Assembly: GCA_017456005.1 (NCBI GenBank)
Contig: JAFTLJ010000028.1
Coordinates: forward strand, 5,774-69,773
Direction of reading: 5' to 3'
Length of the DNA: 64,000 nucleotides
Source: Clostridia bacterium
Lineage (GTDB): Bacteria; Bacillota; Clostridia; Oscillospirales; CAG-272
The notes under the pieces were generated by a model. It searched no databases and was not told the origin of the DNA. It saw only the letters and a program-made list of their open reading frames with translations. Every line of letters begins with the position of its first letter. Position 1 is the first letter of the stretch. Shown here piece after piece: positions 36,335 to 44,459 of the stretch. The position numbers and the translations under genes were made by a program.

Positions 36335-37750
36335 ATGAAAAAAACAAAAATAATATGTACGATGGGCCCCGCCTGCGAAAGCGAAGCAACGCTGGAAAAA
36401 ATGATGCTCGCAGGGATGAACGTGGCACGCTTCAACTTCTCGCATGGCGAACACGCCGACCACAAGCGCAGAATGGACACAGTTAAGCGTGTGCGCGAAA
36501 AGCTGGGTTTGCCTATCGCCATACTTTTAGATACAAAAGGCCCCGAATACCGCATAGGCACGTTTGAAAACCACAAAATCGAGCTTGCCGACGGTGACAG
36601 CTTCGTTTTCACGGCTGAGGAATGTGTCGGCGACGAAGAGCACGTTTCCGTTTCGTACAAGCACCTGCCGAGCGAGCTTTCGGCGGGAGATACCATACTG
36701 CTCAACAATGGCTTGCTCGAATTTCTTGTTGAGGAAACCACGGAAACGGAGATACGCACAAAGGTTGTTATCGGCGGCGAGCTTTCCGACAGAAAAAGCA
36801 TGAGCTTCCCCGGAAAAATGCTCCACCAGGAGTACCTTTCCGAAAGGGATAAGGAAGATATTCTTTTCGGCATAGAAAACGATGTGGACTTTATAGCCTG
36901 CTCGTTTGTTTCCGTAAAAGAGGACATTCTAAAAATACGCGATTTTGTAAACGCACACGGCGGGGAAAGGATAGACCTTATAGCAAAGATAGAAAACCGT
37001 GCCGGTGTGGATAATATAGAAGATATTATAGATGTGAGCGACGGCATAATGGTGGCACGCGGCGATATGGGCGTGGAAATACCGTTTGAACAGCTTCCCG
37101 CTATTCAGAAGCATATGATAACAATTTGCCGTTACCGCGGTAAGCGAGTTATAACCGCCACGGAAATGCTGGAATCTATGGTGACAAAGCCGCGCCCCAC
37201 ACGTGCGGAAATTTCCGACGTAGCAAATGCCGTGTACGACGGCACCAGCGCGGTCATGCTTTCGGGCGAAACTGCCGCAGGCGTATACCCTGTGGAGGCT
37301 GTGCGCGCAATGGCCAAAATAGTAGAGCAGACGGAAAAGGATATAGACTATATCCACCGTTTCCGTACGTCGGAATTTAAAATAGCCAACGAAACAGATG
37401 CCATTTCCCACGCGGCTTGCGCACTTGCCATAGACCTTGATGCAAAGCTTATGGTGGTTTGCTCGCGAAGCGGCAAAACGGCGCGTATGGTTTCACGCTT
37501 CCGTTCGCCTAAGTTTATAATAGGGCTTACCACAGACGAAAAGGCTTGGCGCCAGCTTTCGCTTTCCTGGGCAGTAACGCCCGTTATGAGCGAAGAATTT
37601 CAGTCTACCGACGTGCTTTTCTATCACGCAACGCGTGTAGCAAAGGAAACGGGGCTTGCTGCAAAGGGCGATGCCATAGTTATCACAGGCGGCATAACGA
37701 ACGGTGTTTCCGGCAACACATCGCTTATAAAATATGAAATTTTGAGATAA
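36335..37750 (+). CDS. pyk: Pyruvate kinase
   Basis: MKKTKIICTMGPA...MNVARFNFSHG...LDTKGPE.R...MVARGDMGVE motifs; 471 aa. Confidence 0.95.
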   Translation: MKKTKIICTMGPACESEATLEKMMLAGMNVARFNFSHGEHADHKRRMDTVKRVREKLGLPIAILLDTKGPEYRIGTFENHKIELADGDSFVFTAEECVGDEEHVSVSYKHLPSELSAGDTILLNNGLLEFLVEETTETEIRTKVVIGGELSDRKSMSFPGKMLHQEYLSERDKEDILFGIENDVDFIACSFVSVKEDILKIRDFVNAHGGERIDLIAKIENRAGVDNIEDIIDVSDGIMVARGDMGVEIPFEQLPAIQKHMITICRYRGKRVITATEMLESMVTKPRPTRAEISDVANAVYDGTSAVMLSGETAAGVYPVEAVRAMAKIVEQTEKDIDYIHRFRTSEFKIANETDAISHAACALAIDLDAKLMVVCSRSGKTARMVSRFRSPKFIIGLTTDEKAWRQLSLSWAVTPVMSEEFQSTDVLFYHATRVAKETGLAAKGDAIVITGGITNGVSGNTSLIKYEILR

Positions 37751-37755
37751 ATAAT

Positions 37756-37789
37756 AAAAAGAGAGAACTTCAGAGTTCTCTCTTTTTTT
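37756..37789 (+). terminator. Intrinsic terminator after pyk
   Basis: AGAGAGAAC-TTCA-GAGTTCTCTCT followed by TTTTTT. Confidence 0.8.
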
Positions 37790-37905
37790 ATAACATAGGA
37801 AATTGCGCGCAAATCGTGCGCAATTGCTTGTTCAAAAAAAGTTTTCCTTATGGAAAAATGCCCGATTCTCGGGCATTTTATAGTTGCCGAAGGCAACTTT
37901 TTTAT
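37784..37905 (+). repeat. 120-bp three-hairpin module, copy 1
   Basis: TTTTTTATAACATAGGAAATTGCGCGCAAATCGTGCGCAATTG..AAAATGCCCGAttcTCGGGCATTTT..AGTTGCCGAAGGCAACTTTTTTA. It is nearly identical to 40483-40605. Confidence 0.85.
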
Positions 37906-38834
37906 ACAAGCAAAACCATAACGGGAATGGTAAGCACGGAAAGCGATGTGCCGAGCAGCATAAGGTTTGCCGCCGTTTCCTGCCCTTCGCCCAGCATTTC
38001 CGCGAAATTCAGCACGACGCTTGCCACGGGGCACGCCACCATTATGTAAACAGAGGTTTTAAGGTTCGCGTCTACGGGGAAAAGCTGCAAAAGCAAAAGC
38101 GCTATAAGCGGCAGGGCAAGCTGCTTTGCCGCGATGATAAGATACTGCGCGGGCACGGCAAAAACCTTTTTCACGCTCATCGTGGCAAGGCGCATACCCA
38201 TTATCAGCATACAAAGCGGTGTTGTCATACGTGCGAGCAGAGCTATCATATCCGCAAGCTCTGCGGGCAGCTCCACGCCAGTTACAAAAAGCGGAATAGC
38301 GACGAGAAGCGAAAGCACTGCAGGGTTGAGCGCGATTTTTTTCGCGCTCATATATTTTGGGTCGTTTGTTATAATGGCAGAACCGAGTGTCCAGCCGAGA
38401 ATGTTCATAACCAGCGAAAACATAGCGGAAAACGCCACCGCCTGTGGGTAATCGGGCAGAAGCGCCTCTAAAACAGGTACGCCCATAAACGCGCAGTTGG
38501 AAAAGCAGAGCGAAAGCGTGTACACCCTGTAGCGCACATCTGTTATTTTTTTGCGGAAGATGAAGCGGAAGGTAAGAAGCACCGTGACCATAAGTATCAG
38601 CACGAAGAAAAATACGAAAAGCATATCTGCCAGCATAGCGAGCGAAAATTCCACACGCGAAAGGGAATAGATTATAAGTGCGGGCGAGCAAACGTACATA
38701 AGCAGCTTTGCAAAAGCAGAAACGGCGTCGCCCTTTATAAGCCCGCTTTTAACCATAAGAAAACCGGGGCAGGCGTAAAGCAGCATTACCGCCACGGTTG
38801 AAAGAGCTATAAAAAAGCTTGCCATATATAACAC
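37902..38834 (-). CDS. AEC (auxin efflux carrier) family transporter
   Basis: 310-aa, ~10-TM protein with an AEC-like N-terminus. Its stop codon is the last 3 nt of repeat copy 1. Confidence 0.8.
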   Translation of the reverse strand: MLYMASFFIALSTVAVMLLYACPGFLMVKSGLIKGDAVSAFAKLLMYVCSPALIIYSLSRVEFSLAMLADMLFVFFFVLILMVTVLLTFRFIFRKKITDVRYRVYTLSLCFSNCAFMGVPVLEALLPDYPQAVAFSAMFSLVMNILGWTLGSAIITNDPKYMSAKKIALNPAVLSLLVAIPLFVTGVELPAELADMIALLARMTTPLCMLIMGMRLATMSVKKVFAVPAQYLIIAAKQLALPLIALLLLQLFPVDANLKTSVYIMVACPVASVVLNFAEMLGEGQETAANLMLLGTSLSVLTIPVMVLLV

Positions 38835-38920
38835 CTCATTTCAAAAACGAATATTGATAAAAATAATATTAGCACAAATGCGCCGTTCTTTCAATGATTT
38901 TTTAAAAATTCCCGCATATT

Positions 38921-38949
38921 GCATATTTTCCCCATGCGCACCATATATT
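38921..38949 (+). promoter_or_regulatory. Putative sigma-E-type promoter upstream of spoIVA
   Basis: GCATATT, a 14-nt spacer, then CATATATT. This compares with the Bacillus sigma-E consensus as I recall it (ZHATAXX-14-CATACAHT). It lies 38 nt upstream of the ATG. Confidence 0.45.
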
Positions 38950-38986
38950 TTTGCTATGAACAAAAAATATTTGGGAGGAAAGAAAA

Positions 38987-40459
38987 ATGAGCAATATTTA
39001 CCGCGACATAGCTACCCGTACCGCGGGGGATATTTACATAGGTGTGGTAGGTCCCGTGCGCACGGGAAAATCCACTTTTATCAAAAAATTTATGGAAACG
39101 GTCATCGTGCCGAATATCAAGGGCGATTACGACAAAAAGCGGGCCAAGGACGAAATGCCGCAATCTGCCGCCGGCAAGACGGTTATGACAACAGAGCCGA
39201 AGTTTATACCCGACGAGGCGGTTACGGTGACGCTCGACGGCGGCGAGGAATTTTCCTGCAAAATGATAGATTGCGTGGGCTACATCGTGCCCGAAGCGCT
39301 GGGTAACTACGAAAACGGCGAGGTGCGTATGGTTATGACCCCATGGGCAGACGAGCCGATGGCGTTTGACCGCGCGGCGGAGATAGGCACGGAAAAGGTT
39401 ATACGCGAACACGCAACGATAGGGGTGCTTGTTACTTGCGACGGCACGTTCGGCGACATTCCGCGCCGAAACTACGAGGCGGCGGAGGCGCGCGTGGCAA
39501 ACGAGCTGCACGAAATAAACAAACCCTTTGTTGTTGTGCTCAATTCCGCACGCCCCGAAAGCGCAGAGGCGGTGAGCCTCGCGCTGGAGCTTGAAAAACG
39601 CTACAAAGCACCCGTAGCACTCGTAAACTGCCTGGAACTGGACAAAGAGGACATAGGGCACATTTTAGAGCTTGTGCTTATGGAGTTTCCCGTTTGCGAG
39701 GTGCGTGTGGAGCTGCCGAACTTCATCGCCTCGCTCGACCATTCGCACCCCGTATACAAGAGTATGCTTTCGCAGATAGTGGAGTGCGCCGGTAACGTTA
39801 AGGTGACAGGCGATATAAGCACGTGCTTTTCTGCCGCGAGCGAAAACGAGTATATAAAAAACACGTATATTTCTCGCCTGGACCTCGGCACGGGCAAGGC
39901 GGAAATCGCTGTGAGCGCCGCAGATGGGCTTTTCTACCGCCTTGTTAGCGAGGCAGCCGGTGCGGAAATAACAGATGATGCTTCGCTTATGTCTACAGTG
40001 GCGCAGTTTGCTGCGGCAAAACGCAAATACGATAAAGTTGCGGCGGCTATAGACGAGGTGAACAGCACGGGCTACGGCATTGTTGTGCCCGACATATACG
40101 ACCTGAAGCTCGAAGAGCCGGAAATTGTGAAAAAAAGCGGCGGCTACGGCGTCAAGCTCTGCGCTTCCGCGCCGTCCATCCATATGATAAAGGCAGATAT
40201 AAAAACAGAGGTTTCGCCCATAGTTGGCACGGAAGCGCAATCGGAAGAGCTGGTAAACTTCCTCTTGCGCGAGTTTGAAACAGACCCGCAGAAGATTTGG
40301 GAAACGAATATGCTCGGCAAATCGCTCTACGAGCTTGTAAACGAGGGTTTGCATACGAAGCTTGCGCATATGCCCGATGACGCGCGTGCACGCCTTTCGG
40401 AAACGCTCCAGCGCGTTATAAACGAGGGCGCAGGCGGCCTTGTATGTATTATTTTATGA
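38987..40459 (+). CDS. spoIVA: Stage IV sporulation protein A (spore-coat morphogenetic ATPase)
   Basis: MSNIYRDIATRTAGDIYIGVVGPVRTGKSTFIKKFME.. matches the SpoIVA N-terminus and Walker A; 490 aa. Confidence 0.9.
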   Translation: MSNIYRDIATRTAGDIYIGVVGPVRTGKSTFIKKFMETVIVPNIKGDYDKKRAKDEMPQSAAGKTVMTTEPKFIPDEAVTVTLDGGEEFSCKMIDCVGYIVPEALGNYENGEVRMVMTPWADEPMAFDRAAEIGTEKVIREHATIGVLVTCDGTFGDIPRRNYEAAEARVANELHEINKPFVVVLNSARPESAEAVSLALELEKRYKAPVALVNCLELDKEDIGHILELVLMEFPVCEVRVELPNFIASLDHSHPVYKSMLSQIVECAGNVKVTGDISTCFSAASENEYIKNTYISRLDLGTGKAEIAVSAADGLFYRLVSEAAGAEITDDASLMSTVAQFAAAKRKYDKVAAAIDEVNSTGYGIVVPDIYDLKLEEPEIVKKSGGYGVKLCASAPSIHMIKADIKTEVSPIVGTEAQSEELVNFLLREFETDPQKIWETNMLGKSLYELVNEGLHTKLAHMPDDARARLSETLQRVINEGAGGLVCIIL

Positions 40460-40460
40460 G

Positions 40461-40488
40461 AAAAAAGCACCCCTACGGGTGCTTTTTT
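40461..40488 (+). terminator. Intrinsic terminator after spoIVA
   Basis: AAAAAAGCACCC-CTAC-GGGTGCTTTTTT. Confidence 0.8.
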
Positions 40489-40605
40489 ATAACATAGGAA
40501 ATTGCGCGCAAATCGTGCGCAATTGTTTGTTCAAAAAAAGTTTTCCTTATACAAAAATGCCCGAAAATCGGGCATTTTACAGTTGCCGAAGGCAACTTTT
40601 TTATT
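40483..40605 (+). repeat. 120-bp three-hairpin module, copy 2
   Basis: Same sequence as 37784-37905. The differences fall only in loops or linkers: the middle loop is ttc in copy 1 and aaa in copy 2, plus a few linker bases. Confidence 0.85.
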
Positions 40606-40813
40606 TTATTTGTTTTGGCTCGTTTGATAAGCCGAGAATATAGTCTGCTGATATATTATAAAAATTAGCTAATAATTTAAGTTTTTCACCGCTAATGTCT
40701 GATTGTCCTTTTTCTATTTTGCTATATTGTTGTTGCGTTGTTCCGAGTAGCTTTGCAATATCAGCCTGTGTTAAATCGCGGTCTTCTCTTAACTCTTTAA
40801 TTCTACGATACAT
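40601..40813 (-). CDS. Small XRE-family HTH regulator
   Basis: MYRRIKELREDRDLTQADIAKLLGTTQQQYSKIEKG.. (HTH_3). Start set to ATG 40813 behind GGAGAG. Its stop codon is the last 3 nt of repeat copy 2. Very A+T-rich. Confidence 0.75.
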   Translation of the reverse strand: MYRRIKELREDRDLTQADIAKLLGTTQQQYSKIEKGQSDISGEKLKLLANFYNISADYILGLSNEPKQIK

Positions 40814-40870
40814 TACATCTTGCTCTCCTATATTTATTATCTTTATTATAATATACATCTAAAAAATGTA

Positions 40871-40929
40871 TTGACTTTTACAACTTTTAGGTGTAAAATA
40901 TGTAGTAATTACACTTAAAAGTTGTAAAA
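40871..40929. promoter_or_regulatory. Divergent promoter region with a 21-bp inverted-repeat operator
   Basis: TTGACT (40871-76), 17-nt spacer, TAAAAT (40894-99). The inverted repeat is TTTTACAACTTTTAGGTGTAA (40876-96) and TTACACTTAAAAGTTGTAAAA (40909-29), matching at 20 of 21 positions. Confidence 0.65.
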
Positions 40930-40955
40930 ATATTTGTATTAAGGAGCAAAAAACA

Positions 40956-41210
40956 ATGGCAAATGAAGAAATTACCGAAAAAATACGTATTCAAAAGGAA
41001 ATTTTTATTTATAATCTGATATGGTTGCGAAAACATTATTGCATACCTAAAAAAAGAATGGCTGAACTTTTGGGAGTATGCATTTCAAGCTGGAATAAAA
41101 TTGAAAAAGGGATGTTCCCGGGAAACTCAAGCGTCAAGATTGTAGTGAATATTTGCAGGGAATTTCGTATATCATCAGAAATGCTTTTTTCAAGGCGATT
41201 GGGTGAATAG
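40956..41210 (+). CDS. Small HTH (XRE/Cro-like) protein
   Basis: 84 aa with ..KKRMAELLGVCISSWNKIEKG.., resembling an HTH_3 core. Divergent from the XRE gene. A+T-rich. Confidence 0.55.
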   Translation: MANEEITEKIRIQKEIFIYNLIWLRKHYCIPKKRMAELLGVCISSWNKIEKGMFPGNSSVKIVVNICREFRISSEMLFSRRLGE

Positions 41211-41223
41211 AATAGTATACAAG

Positions 41224-41251
41224 AAAAAACGCACCTGCAGGTGCGTTTTTT
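41224..41251 (+). terminator. Intrinsic terminator after the small HTH gene
   Basis: AAAAAACGCACC-TGCA-GGTGCGTTTTTT. Confidence 0.8.
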
Positions 41252-41323
41252 CTTGTTTGAGTGTGTCGATAAAGTCGGTTCAAAATTTTTTCTTCGGCAT
41301 TTTAGGCAAAAGTAATTATCAGT

Positions 41324-41439
41324 AGCCTTCCCCAGCGGGGGAAGGTGGCAGCCGAAGGCTGACGGATGAGGTGTTTTGGGCATAACTTACTCCTCATCCA
41401 CCGTCTGCAACGGTCCCCCTTCTCCCGCAGGAGAAGGCT
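41324..41439 (-). mobile_element. Cargo-less miniature copy of the DUF559 cassette (both arms, 16-nt spacer)
   Basis: One arm (41324-41373) is AGCCTTCCCCagcgGGGGAAGGtggCAGCCgaaGGCTGacGGATGAGGTG. The reverse complement of the other arm (41390-41439) reads AGCCTTCTCCtgcgGGAGAAGGgggACCGTtgcagACGGTGGATGAGGAG. The minus strand reads GGATGAGGAG-taagtt-ATGCCCAAAA-CACCTCATCC. Confidence 0.6.
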
Positions 41440-41492
41440 TACCCTGTTAACTTTTTGATTTCTGATTTTTTACACGGCTTTTTCTTTTTGCG

Positions 41493-42623
41493 TTATTTCA
41501 TTTCTATAAGCTCATACTGTGATGTGCCCAGCCCTATCTTTTCCGCGTGCTCAAGGCAGCTTCTCCATTCGGATTCGGGGCGGGAGTTTTTGAAGTGGTC
41601 GTGGTGGTCGCAGAAGTCGTGCTTTGCCATATTATCGGCAAGCTGACTGCCGGGCAGTGGCTTTTGCTTTAGGCACGCGTCCACGCACGCGCGGTCGAGC
41701 GCAAGCGGGTCTGTGGAAGCGAACATACCCACGTTCGGCAGAATGGGCGCATCGTTTTCTGCGTGGCAATCGCAGTTGGGCGAAACGTCCACTATAAGCG
41801 AGATATGGAAGCACGGTCTGCCGTCTACCACGGCTTTTGTGTATTCCGCCATACGGCAGTTCAGCACCTTCGTGGCGTTGTCATTTTTGAAGCGTATCGC
41901 ATCGAAATTGCACGCGCCCAGGCACCTGCCGCAGCCCACGCAATTTTCTGTATTTACCGTCATTTTCTTCTTTTCCACATCGAAAACAAGCCCGTTGTTC
42001 GCACATTCGCGCAAGCAAAGGCGGCATCCGCGGCATTTTGCTTCTTTTATGAATGGCTTGCCGCTGCTGTGCTGTTCCGTTTTGCCCGCGCGCGAACCGC
42101 AACCCATACCTATGTTTTTTATGGTGCCGCCAAAGCCCGTCATTTCGTGACCTTTGAAATGGGTAAGGCTTATGAACACGTCGGCATCCATAACCGCTCT
42201 GCCTATTTTTGCGTTTTTGACGTATTCGCCGCCCACAACGGGCACTTCTATATCGTCTGTGCCCTTAAGGCCGTCGCCTATTATGATGGGGCAACCAACC
42301 GTAAGCGGGGTAAAACCGTTTTCCCAAGCGCATTCCAGGTGCTCCAGCGCATTTTTTCTGCTTCCCGGGTACATTGTGTTGCAGTCTGTCAGGAACGGCT
42401 TGCCGCCGAGCTCCTTAACCACATCCACCACGGCGCGCGCATAATTGGGGCGCAGATAGCTTATGTTGCCGAGCTCGCCGAAGTGCAGTTTTATAGCCAC
42501 AAACTTGCCCTCGAGGTCGAGGTCTGCGATGCCTGCCGTTTTCATAAGTCTTTTAAGCTTCGTGGGCAAGCCCTCGCCGAGCTTGGCGCGAAAATCCGTA
42601 AAATATACTTTTGCTTTTTCCAT
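41493..42623 (-). CDS. DUF362 domain protein with a 4Fe-4S ferredoxin insert
   Basis: Start set to ATG 42623 (MEKAKVYFTDF..) behind GGAG. Contains CRGCRLCLRECA and CVGCGRCLGAC dicluster motifs. The longer track ORF overlaps glmM and is rejected. Confidence 0.75.
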   Translation of the reverse strand: MEKAKVYFTDFRAKLGEGLPTKLKRLMKTAGIADLDLEGKFVAIKLHFGELGNISYLRPNYARAVVDVVKELGGKPFLTDCNTMYPGSRKNALEHLECAWENGFTPLTVGCPIIIGDGLKGTDDIEVPVVGGEYVKNAKIGRAVMDADVFISLTHFKGHEMTGFGGTIKNIGMGCGSRAGKTEQHSSGKPFIKEAKCRGCRLCLRECANNGLVFDVEKKKMTVNTENCVGCGRCLGACNFDAIRFKNDNATKVLNCRMAEYTKAVVDGRPCFHISLIVDVSPNCDCHAENDAPILPNVGMFASTDPLALDRACVDACLKQKPLPGSQLADNMAKHDFCDHHDHFKNSRPESEWRSCLEHAEKIGLGTSQYELIEMK

Positions 42624-42646
42624 AATTTTTCTCCGTTCAAAATGTT

Positions 42647-44005
42647 TTATGCACTTGCAAGTGCCTCTGTTATATCTCTGCTCATACTGTCTACTATTTC
42701 TTCGACAAGCGCCATATCGTCGCCCTCTGCCATTATGCGTATAAGCGGCTCTGTGCCTGAGGGGCGCACCACAACTCTGCCGTTTTTGCCCAAACGCTCC
42801 TTCGCTTCTTCCAAAATTTCGCGCACCTTGTCGCTTGTGTAAAATTCCAGCTTCTGTTCGTGGTTGGCGCGTATATTCTTTGTAACCTGCGGATATTGCT
42901 TCATGACCTTGCCTGCCTCGGAAAGGGAAACACCCTTTCTGCAAAGCACGGAAAGGAGCTGTAACGCTGTTAGCTGGCCATCGCCCGCTGTGGCAAAATC
43001 GCGGAAGATGACGTGGCCTGTCTGCTCGCCGCCAAAGTAGTAATCCTCCAAAAGCATCTTTTCCAGCACGTATCTGTCGCCGACCTTGGTGCGTACAAAG
43101 CGTATGCCGTTTTCTTCGCAGAATTTGCCAAGCCCGAAGTTGGAAACTATCGTGCCGACGAGCGCGTTGCCCGTTAGCCTGCCGCGCTCCTTCATATCCT
43201 TAGCTATAATAGCCATAATGAGGTCGCCGTCTACTATACTGCCGTTTTCGTCTACGCAAAGGCAACGGTCGGCGTCACCGTCGAAAGCGATTCCCATAAA
43301 CAAGCTGTTTTCCACCACGTATTTCTGCAAAGCCTCTAAATGTGTGGAGCCGCAGGCTTCGTTTATATTATATCCATCAGGGTCGCAGGCGAGCATATGG
43401 CATTTTGCGCCAAGGCTTTCAAAAAGCTCCTTCGCCGTGCCGGAGGCGGAGCCGTTGGCGCAGTCTATGGCGATTTCCACGCCGTCGAAAGCATACATAA
43501 CCGTGGAGCGTATATGAGCTATATAATCCTTTGCCGCGTCCTGCGCGTGCGTAACCGTGCCAACCATATCGGGGGTAACCGTGCCGAGCTTTTGCGGTGC
43601 ATCGAGCACGAGGTATTCCACGCGCTCCTCCAGTGCATCGGGCAGCTTCATACCGGCTTCGCCAAATATCTTTATGCCGTTGAACTCGCTCGGGTTATGG
43701 GAAGCGGATATCATAATGCCGGCGTGCGCCTTGTATTTGCCGATAAGGTATGCCACGGCAGGGGTGGGCACAACGCCCAGGTTTATAACGTCCATACCCG
43801 CAGAGCAAAGCCCCGCACTCATAGCACAGGCGAGCATTTCGCTGGATTGGCGCGTGTCCATGCCGAGCACTACCGTGTCTGCACGCTTGTGCCTGCCTTT
43901 GTTAAGCACCGTTGCAATAGCTCTGCCCAGCTGCATAGCCGTTTCACACGTCAGCTCTGTGTTTGCTATGCCGCGAATACCGTCTGTTCCGAAAAGTCTT
44001 CCCAT
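42647..44005 (-). CDS. glmM: Phosphoglucosamine mutase
   Basis: MGRLFGTDGIRG..., ISASHNP phosphoserine motif; 452 aa. Confidence 0.95.
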   Translation of the reverse strand: MGRLFGTDGIRGIANTELTCETAMQLGRAIATVLNKGRHKRADTVVLGMDTRQSSEMLACAMSAGLCSAGMDVINLGVVPTPAVAYLIGKYKAHAGIMISASHNPSEFNGIKIFGEAGMKLPDALEERVEYLVLDAPQKLGTVTPDMVGTVTHAQDAAKDYIAHIRSTVMYAFDGVEIAIDCANGSASGTAKELFESLGAKCHMLACDPDGYNINEACGSTHLEALQKYVVENSLFMGIAFDGDADRCLCVDENGSIVDGDLIMAIIAKDMKERGRLTGNALVGTIVSNFGLGKFCEENGIRFVRTKVGDRYVLEKMLLEDYYFGGEQTGHVIFRDFATAGDGQLTALQLLSVLCRKGVSLSEAGKVMKQYPQVTKNIRANHEQKLEFYTSDKVREILEEAKERLGKNGRVVVRPSGTEPLIRIMAEGDDMALVEEIVDSMSRDITEALASA

Positions 44006-44176
44006 TTTTTCCTCTTTCCGAACGCGCCCGCGTTCTGTGTAAAATTATCCTTACTTATTATTTTACCATATTAAGCCAGATTTTACAACAGAAAAAAGAA
44101 AAATACGGCCATCATTTTTTGCGTGAAAGGAAAACTGCGCCAAAAGAATTATTTTTAAAAAAATTAAGAACTCTAC

Positions 44177-44205
44177 TTGATATTCTTGATATTATATGGT
44201 ATAAT
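44177..44205 (+). promoter_or_regulatory. Sigma-A-type promoter TTGATA-17-TATAAT upstream of SCIFF
   Basis: TTGATA at 44177-82, a 17-nt spacer, TATAAT at 44200-05. It overlaps a tandem CTTGATATT x2. Confidence 0.6.
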
Positions 44206-44235
44206 AAACACAATAATTCCTATGGAGGTGCTATT

Positions 44236-44382
44236 ATGGAACACATCAAAACAGTTGAAACAAAGAACCTTTGCGAAAGCGCTAAAAACGGCGGCTGCGG
44301 CGAATGCCAGACATCTTGCCAGTCCGCTTGCAAAACAAGCTGCGGTATTGCTAACCAGCAGTGCGAAAGCAAAAACAAATAA
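44236..44382 (+). CDS. SCIFF (six-cysteines-in-forty-five) ranthipeptide precursor
   Basis: 48 aa: MEHIKTVETKNLCESAKNGGCGECQTSCQSACKTSCGIANQQCESKNK. It has the GGCGECQTSCQSACKTSC core and a GGAGG Shine-Dalgarno 7 nt upstream. It is below the ORF-track size cut-off as a stand-alone ORF. Confidence 0.9.
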   Translation: MEHIKTVETKNLCESAKNGGCGECQTSCQSACKTSCGIANQQCESKNK

Positions 44383-44390
44383 TCAAATTT

Positions 44391-44422
44391 AAAAATGCCC
44401 ACCGAAAAAAGGGGGCATTTTT
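44391..44422 (+). terminator. Hairpin plus T-run between precursor and maturase (likely partial terminator)
   Basis: AAATGCCC-ACCGAAAAAAG-GGGGCATTTTT. Confidence 0.6.
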
Positions 44423-44459
44423 AAGTATATAGATATAAATTCGGGAAAGGATTTTTAAA

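Noticed and set aside
37784-40605. The two 120-bp direct repeats as the ends of a composite mobile element carrying the AEC transporter and spoIVA.
   Set aside because: There is no transposase or recombinase between them. spoIVA is a core sporulation gene with its own sigma-E-like promoter. The repeats are direct, terminator-like modules placed at gene ends.
42624-42944. The 107-codon N-terminal extension of the DUF362 ORF (track ORF 41493..42944), which overlaps the 3' end of glmM.
   Set aside because: The extension is Arg/Gly-rich nonsense in another frame of glmM. A good Shine-Dalgarno (GGAG) and ATG at 42623 give a canonical MEKAKVYFTDF.. DUF362 N-terminus.
44053-44075. An identical 18-nt block, TTATTATTTTACCATATT, upstream of both glmM (44053-44075) and citrate synthase (48611-48633) as a shared regulator site.
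   Set aside because: On the coding (minus) strand it reads AATATGGTAAAATAATAA, an extended -10 promoter (TGgTAAAAT) with an A/T-rich discriminator. That accounts for most of the identity, and two copies are too few to claim an operator.
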